Shown one piece after another: positions 39,471-53,760 of a stretch of 64,000 nucleotides of DNA. This stretch comes from Octopus vulgaris (taxonomy: Eukaryota). Made by a program: the position numbers and the translations under genes. Below the pieces are notes generated by a model. That model did not search any database and had not been told where the DNA came from. It saw only the letters and a program-made list of their open reading frames with translations. Location: the NCBI GenBank assembly GCA_951406725.2, contig OX597826.1, forward strand, positions 71,238,001-71,302,000. The letters run 5' to 3'. The number at the start of each line of letters is the position of its first letter. The first letter of the stretch is position 1.

Positions 39471-40180
39471 AGGTATATGTTCCATTTTTTGTGTTTGTCT
39501 TAAATCTTTGAAACATTATATAATGTAACACCACACCCCTGGCTGTTATATTTTTATCCATTCTGTTGTGACATCTACATTAATCACTCCTTATTCTTTT
39601 TCTATCTCTTTTGTCTTCCTCTCTCTCTCTTTATCTCTCTGTAGCACTCTCTTCTGTGCTGCTATGTACTTCTGTCTCCTCTCTCTTCTAGTATCTCTCT
39701 CTTCCATTTACTTTTTTGCCTCACCTTTGATTTGATCGCACATATCTCATCTCATCCACTTTCTACCTGGTTTGTTTTTTTTTTGTTTTTTTTCATTATG
39801 ATTTTTTTCCCCATCTCTTGTTTTCCAGTCTACAGGATATTTTCCTCTGCATTACTTTGCATTATCAGTCTTAGAACCACACAGCCTTATTTTGTTTGTA
39901 TAAGTATATATTTTTTTTTTTTGTGTGTGTGTTTTCGTATCTACATTTTGTCGTGTTCGCTTTTGTCATTGCCTTGCATGTCCGTTCATTCTACCCAGTC
40001 ACTTCGTAGGACTGTTACCATCAAATGTGAACATCATTGGTAAAGCTGTGAAATTGTTTGGGATGTTGATTGATGGAATTAGCAACATTCTTGTATGTGA
40101 ATTTCCCATTTGTTGTGCTTCTGTTAAAGTTTGAAACATTATATAAATATACACACATTTATAAAAAATACATACATATA

Positions 40181-41045
<865 letters not shown>

Positions 41046-41190
41046 TTTTTGTATATATATATATATATATAAAGATATATATGTATATACATACATACAT
41101 ATATAAATATAATACAAAATTATATATATATACACATATATATATGTACATATACATATATATACATATATATTTATATGTGTGTATATG

Positions 41191-41233
<43 letters not shown>

Positions 41234-41342
41234 ATAAATATTAGGGAATAAATCCAAATTTACAGGGAAAAAATCAGATTTAGGATTAAATCCAATTTTA
41301 TAGTATAAATATATTATATAATATTAATTCGAGACAATTTTT

Positions 41343-41728
41343 GTGGCTGTGTGGTAAGTAGCTTGCTAACCAACCACATGGTTCCGGGTTCAGTCCCACT
41401 GTGTGGCATCTTGGGCAAGTGTCTTCTGCTATAGCCCCGGGCCGACCAAAGCCTTGTGATTGGATTTGGTAGACGGAAACTGAAAGAAGCCTGTCGTATA
41501 TATGTATATGTATGTATGTGTATGTGTTTGTGCGTCTGTGTTTGTCCCCCTAGCATTGCTTGACAACCGATGCTGGTGTGTTTACGTCCCCGTCACTTAG
41601 CGGTTCGGCAAAGAAACCGATAGAATAAGTACTGGGCTTACAAGGAATAAGTCCCGGGGTCGATTTGCTCGACTAAAGGCGGTGCTCCAGCATGGCCACA
41701 GTCAAATGACTGAAACATGTAAAAGAGT
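41343..41728 (+). mobile_element. SINE family A
   Basis: Near-full match. Confidence 0.9.
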
Positions 41729-42019
41729 ATATGTGGCCGATGCCAGCGCCGCCTCGACTGGCTTCCATGCCGGTGGCACGTAAAATACACCAATCCGACC
41801 GTGGCCATTGCCAGCCTCGCCTGGCACCTGTGCAGGTGGCACATAAAAAGCACCCACTATTCTCACGGAGTGGTTGGCGTTAGGAAGGGCATCCAGCTGT
41901 AGAAACATTGCCAGATAAGACTGGAGCCTGGTGCAGCCTTCTGGCTTCCCAGATCCCCGGTCGAACCGTCCAACCCATGCTAGCATGGAGAATGGACGTT
42001 AAACGATGATGATAATGAT

Positions 42020-42525
<506 letters not shown>

Positions 42526-42535
42526 CCTCATCCAA

Positions 42536-43266
42536 CGACAGACACCCATGCCAACCCCCATGCTTGCGAAGACATGTTGGAGCAAGCGAAATCGAAATCG
42601 AAACCGAATTGAATCAGCCAGGATCCCTGGCCTGGTGGTACGTAAAAAGCACTATCCGACTCATGGCCGTGGCACGTAAAATACACCAATGCGACCGTAC
42701 GACAGGCACCCATGCCAACCCCCTTTGCTTGTGAAGACATGTTGGGGCAAGCGAAATCGAAATCGAATTGAACAAGCCAGGATCCCTGGTCTGGTGGTAC
42801 GTAAAAAGCACTATCCGACTCGTGGCCGTGGCACGTAAAATACTCCAATGCGACCGTACGACAGGCACCCATGCCAACCCCCTTTGCTTGTGAAGACATG
42901 TTGGGGCAAGCGAAATCGAAATCGAATTGAACAAGCCAGGATCCCTGGTCTGGTGGTACGTAAAAAGCACTATCCGACTCGTGGCCGATGCCAGCACCGC
43001 CTCGACTGGCTTCCGTGCCGGTGGCACATAAAATACACCAATCTGACCGTAGCCGTTTCCAGCCTCGCCTGGCACCTGTGCAGGTGGCACGTAAAAAGCA
43101 CCCACTACACTCACGGAGTGGTTGGCGTTAGGAAGGGCATCCAGCTGTAGAAACATTGCCGGATTAGACTGGAGCCTGGTGCAGCCTTCTGGCTTCCCAG
43201 AACCCCGGTCGAACCGTCCAACCCATGCTAGCATGGAGAACGGACGTTAAGCGATGATGATGATGA

Positions 43267-43270
<4 letters not shown>
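42536..43270 (+). mobile_element. RTE 3'-end repeat with a ~160-bp internal tandem repeat
   Basis: Unit CGACAGGCACCCATGCC... starts at ~42536, 42700 and 42859. Confidence 0.8.
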
Positions 43271-43313
<43 letters not shown>

Positions 43314-43314
43314 G

Positions 43315-43411
<97 letters not shown>

Positions 43412-44209
43412 TGCGTGATTTAAGGAAGATTTCACTGTTGTCTCTAGCATATTTCATGACTGGTAAGGTTGATAAAAATCGTAAGTTTAAAAAAAATTTT
43501 AATAGCATGAATGAGTTTATGCTGTTAATGGGGAGAAAATATTATTTTTCTACTCTGGGCACAAGGCCCAAAATTTTTGGAGAGGTGGGGGGGGGGGGCA
43601 GTCAATTAGATTGACCCTAGTATGCAACTGGTACTTAAATTATCAACCCGGAAAGGATGGAAGTTAAGGTCGACCTCAGTGGAATAATGGGGAGAAAATA
43701 TTGGAAAACATTAATACTTGTCAGTTAACAAGAAACGACGAAGGTGGTCATGGAACATGCTAAAAACAACAACCAAATCTTCCTTTAATCCCACACCATT
43801 TTGCCTGAAAATATTCCCTATAGTATATTCATGATCTTCTGAAGTGTCCTTTTTGTGATATATTTACACAACATGAAGTTAAAGAATGAAAAAAAAATCA
43901 TTGAAATTAGTCATTACTCATTTTATCCCATTTTGACATCATTTTTTGAAACTGGAAAATTGTGTGGATAAAAATTTACTTGGAATCCAATTGAGGATAA
44001 TGATCGTTAAACACGAAAAAATCATCCAGATATTTTATTAGCAGCCTCAATTAAACTCAGGTCAAAGTAGAATGAAAATTTCTTGAAACAAGAGGACCTG
44101 CACCTAACTATATTTTGGACTACATCAACTTCTAGAACAAGTGAACTATGCCCTCAGATTCAGCTTGAAAAAGTACATCAATACACCAATTTTGAACTTT
44201 TTCACTTAA

Positions 44210-44608
44210 CTAGCAGTATAGCCTGGCGTTGCTTGGGTTTGTTTTCTTTTCGACCCTTTAGAATTGGAATTATTGAAAAGTAAAAATTTTGAATTATGTA
44301 GCTTGTTATTCTCTTTAAGTGAACATTTTTCTGGTTGAAATACACCAAAAAATGGTAACACAGCAGTCAAAAAGTCATAAAAATAGGGATTTTCATAGAA
44401 AAAAAGCACCTTTTTGATGTAAATAAATCTTGGTCTTTACATGGTCTGATTTGAATTTTTCCTTCTACGGAATGAAGAGCAAGCCTTCTTCTATCATATT
44501 CTCAATTTTGGTCAACTTGCGCCACAGGGTCTCGGAGGAGATAGTGTTAGTTGAAGGCTACCAAACCTGCCACACACACACAAACAACTTCAGCTTTATA
44601 TATATAGA
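44210..44608 (-). mobile_element. Helitron-like element
   Basis: Matches 1048-1438. Confidence 0.8.
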
Positions 44609-44949
44609 TTTTTATAATTTCAAAAAGTGCAGTCAAACAGAAAGACCCATAAAATTTATAAGTCCAGACTGTTTGTCAACTTCATTTCAGTTCATACATA
44701 AACTTGCCACACGCAGCTTTCTCTAATTCAATAACTTCTGCTTGTCACGTAATTGTTTGATATATCCTGCCAACTGCCAGCTGTTGCTATTTAAATCTTA
44801 CCCCTTCGATAGAGATACGATAGGATCAATTGCATGGAAGAGCCTGCTTTAGGTGTACATGCCAAATTTATAGCTTCATGTGATGTATGTCGGCAGTCCT
44901 CTAACTGATAATGATGAACTCTACTTCTCCATCACACTCAGAGTGGGAG

Positions 44950-45550
44950 GCTGATGTCTGTAGGGAACTGAGATGTTGCTGTGGTAGGCCCCTTGACCCC
45001 ACAGGTCTTCATGGTCTGTCTTGCTGCTTAAATGCTGGTCACTTTGCTTGTCACACTGAGCTAATCCTAATCATTAAGCAGGCTCTGGCTCAGATTAATA
45101 TCCCCACAGTCCTGGAGCCATTGGGATTATCCAGCAGTGATGGAAAGAGACTAGATGGTCTATTTCTATTTCTTTTATACCCACAAGGGGCTAAACACAG
45201 AGAGGACAAACAAGGACAGACAAATGGATTAAGTCAATTATATCGACCCCAGTGCGTAACTGGTACTTATTTAATCAACCCCGAAAGGATGAAAGGCAAA
45301 GTCGACCTCGGCGAAATTTGAACTCAGAACGTAGCAGCAGACGAAATACCACTAAGCATTTCACCCGGTGTGCTAACGTTTCTACCAGCTCACCGCCAAT
45401 GGTCTTATCCTCTGTCCCTGGGTTAGAAGTAGGTGCCTCATTTGGGATGCCAAAGTTTGCGACTCCTTTGCTTCCACTCACATCCTGGATGCTACAGTTA
45501 ATGGGAGGATCACTGCTTCCATAGCCAAACAGAAGAAAACCCTGAAGTAT
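44950..45550 (+). pseudogene. CRE-like RLE retrotransposon C-terminal fragment, split by a SINE at ~45170-45398
   Basis: CCCGRPLDPTGLHGLSC...HTEL..IIKQAL..INIPTVLEPLGL...GKRLDG. Confidence 0.65.
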
Positions 45551-46479
45551 TAGTTCGTTGCCAGCACTGCTCCGACTGGCCTCCGTGCCGGTGGCACGTA
45601 AAAAGCACCATCCGATCGTGGCCGTTGCCAGCCTTGCTTGGCCCTCGTGCCGGTGGCACGTAAAGAGCACCATCCGTCCGTGGCCGTTTGCCAGCCCCGT
45701 CTGGCACCTGTGCGGGTGGCACGTAAAAAGCATCCACTACACTCACGGAGTGGTTGGCGTTAGGAAGGGCATCCAGCCATAGAAACACTGCCAGATCAGA
45801 CTGGGCCTGGTGCAGCCTTCTGGCTTCCCAGACCCCAGTTGAACCGTCCAACCCATGCTAGCATGGAAAGCGGACGCTAAATGATGATGATGATTTGGAA
45901 TTGAAAGTAAACTATCTCTTCCAAACTGTGGCGTTTGAGATGATCGGAGGGACTGGGCTACTAAACAAGGTGTCGGGTGATGCCTTCACAGACATCACCC
46001 AACACCTTGTTTATATGTATGTTTATATGTTATAAATAAAAATTAAATGGAAATTGTATTTGTGATACTCGTGCCAGTGACATTTAAAAAGCACCATCCA
46101 AACGTGGCCAATGCCAGAGCCGCCTTGACTGGCTTCTATGCCGGCGGCATGTAAAAAGCACCAACAGACCATGGCTGTTGCCACCTCCTCCGGCCCCTGT
46201 GCCGGTGGCACGTAGAAAGCACCCACTACACTCACGGAGTGGTTGGCATTAGGAAGGGCATCCAGCTGTAGAAACACTGCCAGATCAGACTGGAGCCTGG
46301 TGCAGCCTCCTTGCTTCCCAGACCCCAGTCGAACCGTCCAACCCATGCTAGCATGGAAAACGGACGTTAAACGATGATGATGATGATGATGATGATATAA
46401 AAATAAAAACCTTTACTTAAGACAAAGGACAGCATAAACCAATCAATCTACACACAAAGGGGTTAAATTTATTTAAATA

Positions 46480-46882
46480 CTAGCAGTATCGCCCGGCGTT
46501 GCTTGGGTTTGTTTTGACCCTTTAGAATTGGAATTTTTGAAAAGTAAAATTTTGCATTATGTAGCTTGTTATTTATTTTCTTTATGTGAACATTTTCCCG
46601 GTTGAAATACACAAAAAAATGGTGACACAGCAGTCAAAAAATCGTAAAAAATAGGGATTTTCATAGAAAAAAAGCACCTTTTTGATGTAAATAATTTTTG
46701 GTCTTAACATGGTCTGATTTGAATTTTTTCTTCTACGGAATGAAGAGCAAGCCTTCTTCTATCATTCTCTCAATTTTGGTCAACTTGCACCGCAGGGTCT
46801 CGGAGGAGATAGTGTTAGTTGGAGGCTACCAAACCTGCCATACACAGACAACTTCAGCTTTATATATATAGAGAGAGAGAGA
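46480..46882 (-). mobile_element. Helitron-like element
   Basis: Matches 1048-1438. Confidence 0.8.
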
Positions 46883-47036
46883 TACCCTCTGTATAATTGA
46901 GGAAACAAAGGCGTTTGCATTGATATGTTTCATATTTCTGCAGCATTTTGTTGATGAATTTAAAAGCTAAAAATAATCGGTTTTTTTTCTTTTGTTTTGT
47001 TTTTACTTATCTATTCATTTGCCCATCCCATCTTAC

Positions 47037-47300
47037 ATATATATAAGAAGGCAACGGTGCTTGTGATCAGATACTTTAGCTTTCTTCGGCTTATTTGTGA
47101 CTAAATTGAAAACCAGCTTATGTTTTTGGGTTTGTAGCCGGGCATCTCGTACAGGTTTATGCCACTCCATATATGAGAAGCCAAAATGCTTTTGCACTCC
47201 ATTATTTCAGCTTTCTTCGACATATTTGTGGAGAAGTTTGAAAATTTAAAACCATCGTAAGTTGACGAATTTCTCCGCGCTCTCTTCAACCGTCACTTCC
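47037..47300 (-). promoter_or_regulatory. Candidate promoter and first exon of a minus-strand transcript
   Basis: Locally CpG-rich unique DNA; GGAAGTGACG (ETS + CRE half-site) on the minus strand at 47291-47300; donor gtaaga at 47036. Confidence 0.4.
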
Positions 47301-48329
47301 ACCCCTTGAGAAACTCAATTGTATGTCACAAAATATAATAGGAACACTGAAGTGTTTATGGAAGCGTTTCTTTTTTCTCTCGCCTTTTTATTATTTATCA
47401 TTTTTTCGATTTCTTTCGTTTTTTTACAAACCTGTTTCTGACGAATCTCAGATGTCCTGCTTTGTTTCTGTTTTTTTTTTCAGTTATAAAACAATATATG
47501 ACTTAGTAGACACGTGAAGTTTATGCGAATATATTCATTTACTGTTATTTTTAGCCATAAAGACATTAATTTATATAAATTCAAATTACGTAAACAAAGA
47601 TGAAAGTATACAAAGCTTGCTTTAGAAGCGTTAAGATGTATTGAAAGTCAAGGAAATGATTTTATTCTCAAACACAGGATAATGTTGATAATATTGCATG
47701 AACAGGATAAACTATAGATATTTTTCTCCTAAATTAAATTAAATCCTATTCGAGCACTGTATACAATAATTTCATTATCATTTTATTAAATTATTTCCCA
47801 TTCGGATAAGTTTGACCAAACATCTGGCAACACGTCATAAGGTGGTTTTGAATTTAATATAATCGGGTTGTTTCTTATCAACCGTCAGTCGTATAAACAT
47901 CCGGGATGTTCACTTATGATTTTTTCGAGTCAACAAAATGGTAAATATATATATATATTTATATATTTTATAATATTTTTTCTATGTTGTTAAGTCCTGA
48001 GCAACACCTCCCCCCCCCCCCTATCCTGTACTTCTTTGTTTATGTTCTAGGTGCTGACTACATTACGTAGCTTTTGTTGTTATTTATTTTTAACCCTTTC
48101 GTTACCAACCCGCCTAAAACAGCTTCTGGCTCTGTAATGCAAATGTTTTGTTTTCATAAGTTTCGAATTAAAATCTTCCACCAAACCTTAGTCACAAATA
48201 CTGTTCCTAACACTAGCTGAATGACAACTAAGTTATTTTACTAAATTCTTTGTTATATTTAAAGTAATTGAAAGAAACTCAGAGCATCTCAAAATAAATA
48301 CAGTAATGAAAGGGATTTGATTACATCTG

Positions 48330-48790
48330 TGGAGGACAAATGTTCGCTGTGGTAGGCCCCTCAAGCCCACAGGCCTTCATTGTTTGGTTTGCCGTCTTAA
48401 TGCTAGTCGTTTCGCTCATCACGTTGGCCCCCACAGGTCTTCAGGGTCTGCCTTGCTGCCTAAATGCTGGTCGCTTCGCTCGTCACACTGAGCTAAACCT
48501 AATCATTAAGCGGACCCTGGCTTGGGTTAATATCCCCTCAGTTCTGGAGCCGGTGGAATTCCTCAGAAGTGAAGGGGAGAGACCAGATGCTTTCATCCTT
48601 TGTTCCCCGGATAAGAAGTAGATGTCTCACCTGGGACGTCACTGTCTGTGACCCTTCTGCTCTCTCTCTCTCTCTCTCTCTCGCATCTTGGATGCTGCTG
48701 TCATTGGGGGTGAGGTGGAGGCGCAGCTTCCGTAGCTGAACGGAACAAAGGTCATCTCTACAAAACGAAAGGTTGCCCAGATTTTTTTGA
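48330..48790 (+). pseudogene. CRE-like RLE retrotransposon fragment
   Basis: GLPCCLNAGRFARHTELNLIIKR..NIPSVLEP...GERPDA...TWDVTVCDP. Confidence 0.65.
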
Positions 48791-49298
48791 TTTTTTTTTT
48801 TATAGAAGTTAAAGCTAGCACTGATCGCATCCAAGACGTCAGATGTAAACAAACAATGAGATTGAAGATGGAAAAAAAAAAAAAAACGGGGGTACTACTT
48901 AAGAAGAGTGGTCCCGGTGTGCGCACTCGCGTACTCGTGCATCCGCGCTAGCTAGTCGTGACTAGTCGATCCTTACTTTGTGTTTTTGTGATTTATTTAC
49001 TTTATTTTCCAAGGGCACAATGACCACATGCAACTCCAGGCTGAACCCAGCCGCTAGCTCCCTAAGGATTACCGGGCATTCCGTCCTGACATCATATCTT
49101 CTCCTTTCTGATCCCTCATCCTTCCTCCACAGAGGGGATGCTTTTTTTCCCCTTTTTCTTCTTTTTCATTTTTTTTTTCTTTGCTTATGTTTGAGTTTAC
49201 TTCAATTTTGGATTGGGATTGGTTACCTTTCGATAAAGGCACACGGAAAATGAAACCATTTCTTTGGCAATTTCCATAAAAAATTTTCTTTTTTTCTC

Positions 49299-49444
49299 TG
49301 TGGTAAGTAGCTTGCTAACCAACCACATGGTTCCGGGTTCAGTCCCACTGCATGGCATCTTGGGCAAGTGTCTTCTGCTATAGCCCCGGGCCGACCAATG
49401 CCTTGTGAGTGGATTTGGTAGACGGAAACTGAAAGAAGCCTGTC

Positions 49445-49506
<62 letters not shown>

Positions 49507-49700
49507 CTGTGTTTGTCCCCCTAGCATTGCTTGGCAACCGATGCTGGTGTGTTTACGTCCCCGTCACTTAGCGGTTCGGCAAAAGAGCCGATAGAATAAG
49601 TACTGGGCTTACAAAGAATAAGTCCCAGGGTCGATTTGCTCGACTAAAGGTGGTGCTCCAGCATGGCCGCAGTCAAATGACTGAAACATGTAAAAGAGTA
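49299..49700 (+). mobile_element. SINE family A
   Basis: Near-full match. Confidence 0.9.
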
Positions 49701-50527
49701 TCACTTAAGTTTATGTATTTTTTTCTGTATGTATTACGTGTTTATGTATATTTGTGTAAGTACTGTATATGTATGTGTATATATTATGTGTTTATATATA
49801 TTTGTGTAAGTACTGTATATGTATGTGATCACCGTGACCGACCAGGCTATCAGATGTTGTTACACATCGCTGGTCGCAATGCGCTTCGCATTGTTCTAGC
49901 CTTCAAATGACGCCACCCCACTGGCTAAGCGAGCAGAAAGTTGTGGCGAAAGAGTACAGCAGGGATCGCCACCATCCCCTGCTGGAGCCTCGTAGAGCTT
50001 TAGGTGTTTTCTCTCAATAAATCGAAACCGCGATCCTACGACCGCTGCCCTAACCATTGGGCCATTGCGCCACCACGTATATGTATGCGTATGTATAAAT
50101 AAACATGGCAATTCAGCTGAAAAAAAAAATTAAGAAATAGACATACACACAGATATACATACATGCACGTAAACACATACATATGTTTATTTACATACAA
50201 AAATATACATACATGCACACATAATAAACAGAAGGGCCAAACTTAGAGGGGTCAACAGAAAATGAATACGGGGTCGTGAAGCGTATGGGATTTACATAGA
50301 AATGAATTTAAAATTTGCAATAATAATTCTCTAAAAGGAATATAGACAGTAACTGCTCGACAACATAAGGGACTAAAGCCATCTGAATATGGCTAGGGAC
50401 AGGGCAGGGTGGTGGGGGTGTTACTGTTGCATTTAGCCCCAGGCGAACATCGACGTCACCAGAAAGGCTCGACACCGTCACGGTGCCCTAAACCTGCAAA
50501 GGGAGGTAATTCCCCGATGAAGCGGAA

Positions 50528-50579
50528 ACCACACACGGACCATGGTTTCAAGGTGTATTGCCTATCATCGGCGTGTGGT
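50528..50579 (-). ncRNA. Type I hammerhead (CCGAUGA core), unit 1
   Basis: accacacg CCGATGA t-agg-caataca-cct-t GAAA ccatgg TC^ cgtgtgtggt. Confidence 0.78.
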
Positions 50580-50886
50580 AGGCCTCCGCTTCCTCGACGA
50601 ATTCTCTCTCTGCAGGATTTTCTTATATAGATTTTCAAGCAAAATAAATTTGCTGATTTCGAAAATCTGTTCGAAAGCAATAATAATTCTCTAAAAGGAA
50701 TATAGACAGTAACTGCTCGACAACATAAGGGACTAAAGCCATCTGAATATGGCTAGGGACAGGGCAGGGTGGTGGAGGTGTTACTGTTGCATTTAGCCCC
50801 AGGCGAACATCGACGTCACCAGAAAGGCTCGACACCGTCACGGTGCCTAAACCTGCAAAGGGAGGTAATTCCCCGATGAAGCGGAA

Positions 50887-50938
50887 ACCACACACGGACC
50901 ATGGTTTCAAGGTGTATTGCCTATCATCGGCGTGTGGT
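50887..50938 (-). ncRNA. Type I hammerhead, unit 2
   Basis: Identical to unit 1. Confidence 0.78.
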
Positions 50939-51246
50939 AGGCCTCCGCTTCCTCGACGAATTCTCTCTCTGCAGGATTTTCTTATATAGATTTTCAAGCA
51001 AAATAAATTTGCTGATTTCGAAAATCTGTTCGAAAGCAATAATAATTCTCTAAAAGGAATATAGACAGTAACTGCTCGACAACATAAGGGACTAAAGCCA
51101 TCTGAATATGGCTAGGGACAGGGCAGGGTGGTGGGGGTGTTACTGTTGCATTTAGCCCCAGGCGAACATCGACGTCACCAGAAAGGCTCGACACCGTCAC
51201 GGTGCCCTAAACCTGCAAAGGGAGGTAATTCCCCGATGAAGCGGAA

Positions 51247-51298
51247 ACCACACACGGACCATGGTTTCAAGGTGTATTGCCTATCATCGGCGTGTGGT
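51247..51298 (-). ncRNA. Type I hammerhead, unit 3
   Basis: Identical to unit 1. Confidence 0.78.
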
Positions 51299-51644
51299 AG
51301 GCCTCCGCTTCCTCGACGAATTCTCTCTCTGCAGGATTTTCTTATATAGATTTTCAAGCAAAATAAATTTGCTGATTTCGAAAATCTGTTCGAAAGCAAT
51401 AATAATTCTCTAAAAGGAATATAGACAGTAACTGCTCGACAACATAAGGGACTAAAGCCATCTGAATATGGCTAGGGACAGGGCAGGGTGGTGGGGGTGT
51501 TACTGTTGCATTTAGCCCCAGGCGAACATCGACGTCACCAGAAAGGCTCGACACCGTCACGGTGCCCTAAACCTGCAAAGGGAGGTAATTCCCCGATGAA
51601 GCGGAAACCACACATATGAGAATTCGTCGAGGAAGCGGAGGCCT

Positions 51645-51696
51645 ACCACACGCCGATGATAGGCAATACACCTTGAAACCATGGTCCGTGTGTGGT
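51645..51696 (+). ncRNA. Type I hammerhead in the inverted unit
   Basis: CCGATGA at 51653-51659, GAAA at 51675-51678, GUC^ cleavage after 51686. Confidence 0.78.
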
Positions 51697-52659
51697 TTCC
51701 GCTTCATCGGGGAATTACCTCCCTTTGCAGGTTTAGGGCACCGTGACGGTGTCGAGCCTTTCTGGTGACGTCGATGTTCGCCTGGGGCTAAATGCAACAG
51801 TAACACCCCCACCACCCTGCCCTGTCCCTAGCCATATTCAGATGAATTTAAAATTTATTTTAGATATAAAAGCGAATGAAAAACAAACAAGACAACAGTA
51901 CAAGGAAGTGGCGGGAGAGAACGTTTAAGACCCCCAAGATACGTTCCCCTTCTGGACTTTGTACTCACGCAGGAACTTTCATTCCCAGCATGTTTTCTAC
52001 TTGCTTCCATCTTTTACCAAACGTGTCTGATGACAAGCACCCCTTTTCTAGCCTTATAAACAAAGAAAGTTAACAAACTTTGACCAGAGACGAAGACTGG
52101 TGGCACCCCAGTAATATATGTCACAGTTCCTAATCGTTATTACTATCAATGAATATACATACATACAAATATGCCTACGTAAGTACATTTATACACACAC
52201 ACATACACACACACACACAAACATATACACACACACAGAGTTAAGTCTGATTTATTCATCATATCCAAAATTAGAAGAATAAGCTTTCTCTCTTCTCATT
52301 CCCTCTCTCTCTCTCCTCCTACTCTCTTTCTCCCCTCTCCCTTTCTCCCCTTCTACCTCTCCTTTTCTGCCCTTCTCCCTTCTCTTCTTCTCTCCTCATC
52401 TCTCCCTCTTTCCTCCTCTCTCAATTTATGTTTTATTTTCTCTTCAAGAATTTGATTATTTTGTTTAGTTCAATTGAAAATATCACCCTTTCCCATCCAT
52501 CTAACCACACCACCTTTCTCTGATAACTTTTGGTGGTTGTCCTTGAGAAGGCAGCACCCATTATGCATGTATACAAACATATGCACATTGATTACAGGTA
52601 TCTTATCACAGATGTCTGCTACAAGTCACAGATGATTGCTCCAGGTAAAATGTATACCT

Positions 52660-52886
52660 ATTTCTTTACTACCCAAAAGGGGCTAAACACAGAGAGGACA
52701 AACAAGGACAAACAAACGGATTAAGTCGATTACATCGATCCCCAGTGCGTAACTGGTACTTAATTTATCAACCCCGAAAGGATGAAAGGTAAAGTCGACC
52801 TCGGCGGAACTTGAACTCAGAACGCAGCGGCGGATGAAATACTACAAAGCATTTCGCCCGGCGTGCTAACGTTTCTGCCAGCTCGA
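52660..52886 (-). mobile_element. SINE family D
   Basis: CCCCGAAAGGATGAAAGG.AAAGTCGACCTCGG core; copies at ~45170-45398, 63093-63272 and 25370-25580. Confidence 0.8.
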
Positions 52887-53139
52887 AGATATCTGTCACC
52901 AATCCTTTCATTCGTGTTCTCCATATAGCCTCTTTGGCATTCTTTCGATATGAGTCCCATTTACGTCACGTGTATTTGTTTACATTTGAAGAAGAAGATC
53001 GTCACTTTCCGTAAAATTTTTATTTTTTTATATACGTGGGGGTAAGGGTTAAGGGTGGAGGGAAGAGTTTCTTTTTTCTTCAGAAATGTAAATAAACCCA
53101 CGTGGGTTGATATGACAGTTATGTTACTAGTACCGAATA

Positions 53140-53760
53140 ATCGCCGCCTCTTTCGCTATAGCAACCACTACAAGGAAACAGACCTTACCTTCTCTGTTCA
53201 GTGAGGTAGGTGGAACAATGTTTATGACTGACTCGGACGACAGCTGTACTCTTCCAAGACGTGACAGCAGTCGTTCGACGTAAGCCCACAGCTCTGAAAT
53301 CCTCGAACACTGCACAAATGCTTGCGGAACAGTTTCACTGTCCCTCCCACATCTTGGGCAGGTGGGTGAGCATGAGGTACCATGCCTTGCGAGTTTATCG
53401 TGAACTGGTAAAGTTCCTCGGTAACACTGCCAGCTTAGCGACGTCTGGAAGTTGTCCAGAGATCCCGGCCCGAATGTCCTTTGCAACAGGCTGGCTAGTT
53501 GGCCTTCGTCGAAGCCCAGGGTTTCTCCCAGAGTCTTATCACACTTGGTCTCTACAAACCCTCCATAGAATGACGAGGTGGAACCCACGCTACCAGCATT
53601 GACCGTGCAGCAGAAGAGCAAGAGTGCCGAACGATCGAGTCGATGTTGCTGTATAACGCTGTGATCTAACCGTGAAAGATCGGGCCCAGCCCGGCCACCG
53701 CAAAAACCGTCACCAGACACCGATGGTCAACCCTATCAAAAGTTTTAACCTGGTTTAAAT
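53140..53760 (-). mobile_element. L1/Tx1-like LINE ORF2 remnant
   Basis: KTFDRVDH (RT) and GTLPVHDKL...TCPRCGRDSETVPQAFVQC (C-terminal zinc finger). Confidence 0.7.

Larger units (their letters stand above)
50317..51841 (-). mobile_element. Hammerhead-bearing tandem retroelement (non-LTR retrozyme / Penelope pLTR multimer): 3.6 x 360 bp plus an inverted ~225-bp copy, 15-bp TSD
   Basis: Units start at 50317, 50677, 51036 and 51396 (last ends 51614); inverted copy 51618-51844; ATGAATTTAAAATTT at 50302-50316 and 51842-51856. Confidence 0.85.

Noticed and set aside
50514-50530. Plus-strand CCGATGAAGCGGAAAC as a hammerhead core
   Set aside because: No stem II or cleavage triplet geometry; the complete fold is on the minus strand.
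50317-51614. CRISPR array, plain satellite, or twister/HDV ribozyme in the unit
   Set aside because: No unique spacers; the TSD and inversion indicate a single insertion; I could not complete twister or HDV pseudoknot pairings.
50409-51815. Repeated 68-134 aa ORFs in the 360-bp array
   Set aside because: Non-ATG starts, no recognisable motif, and the unit 2 deletion shifts the frame; the RNA structure explains the sequence better.
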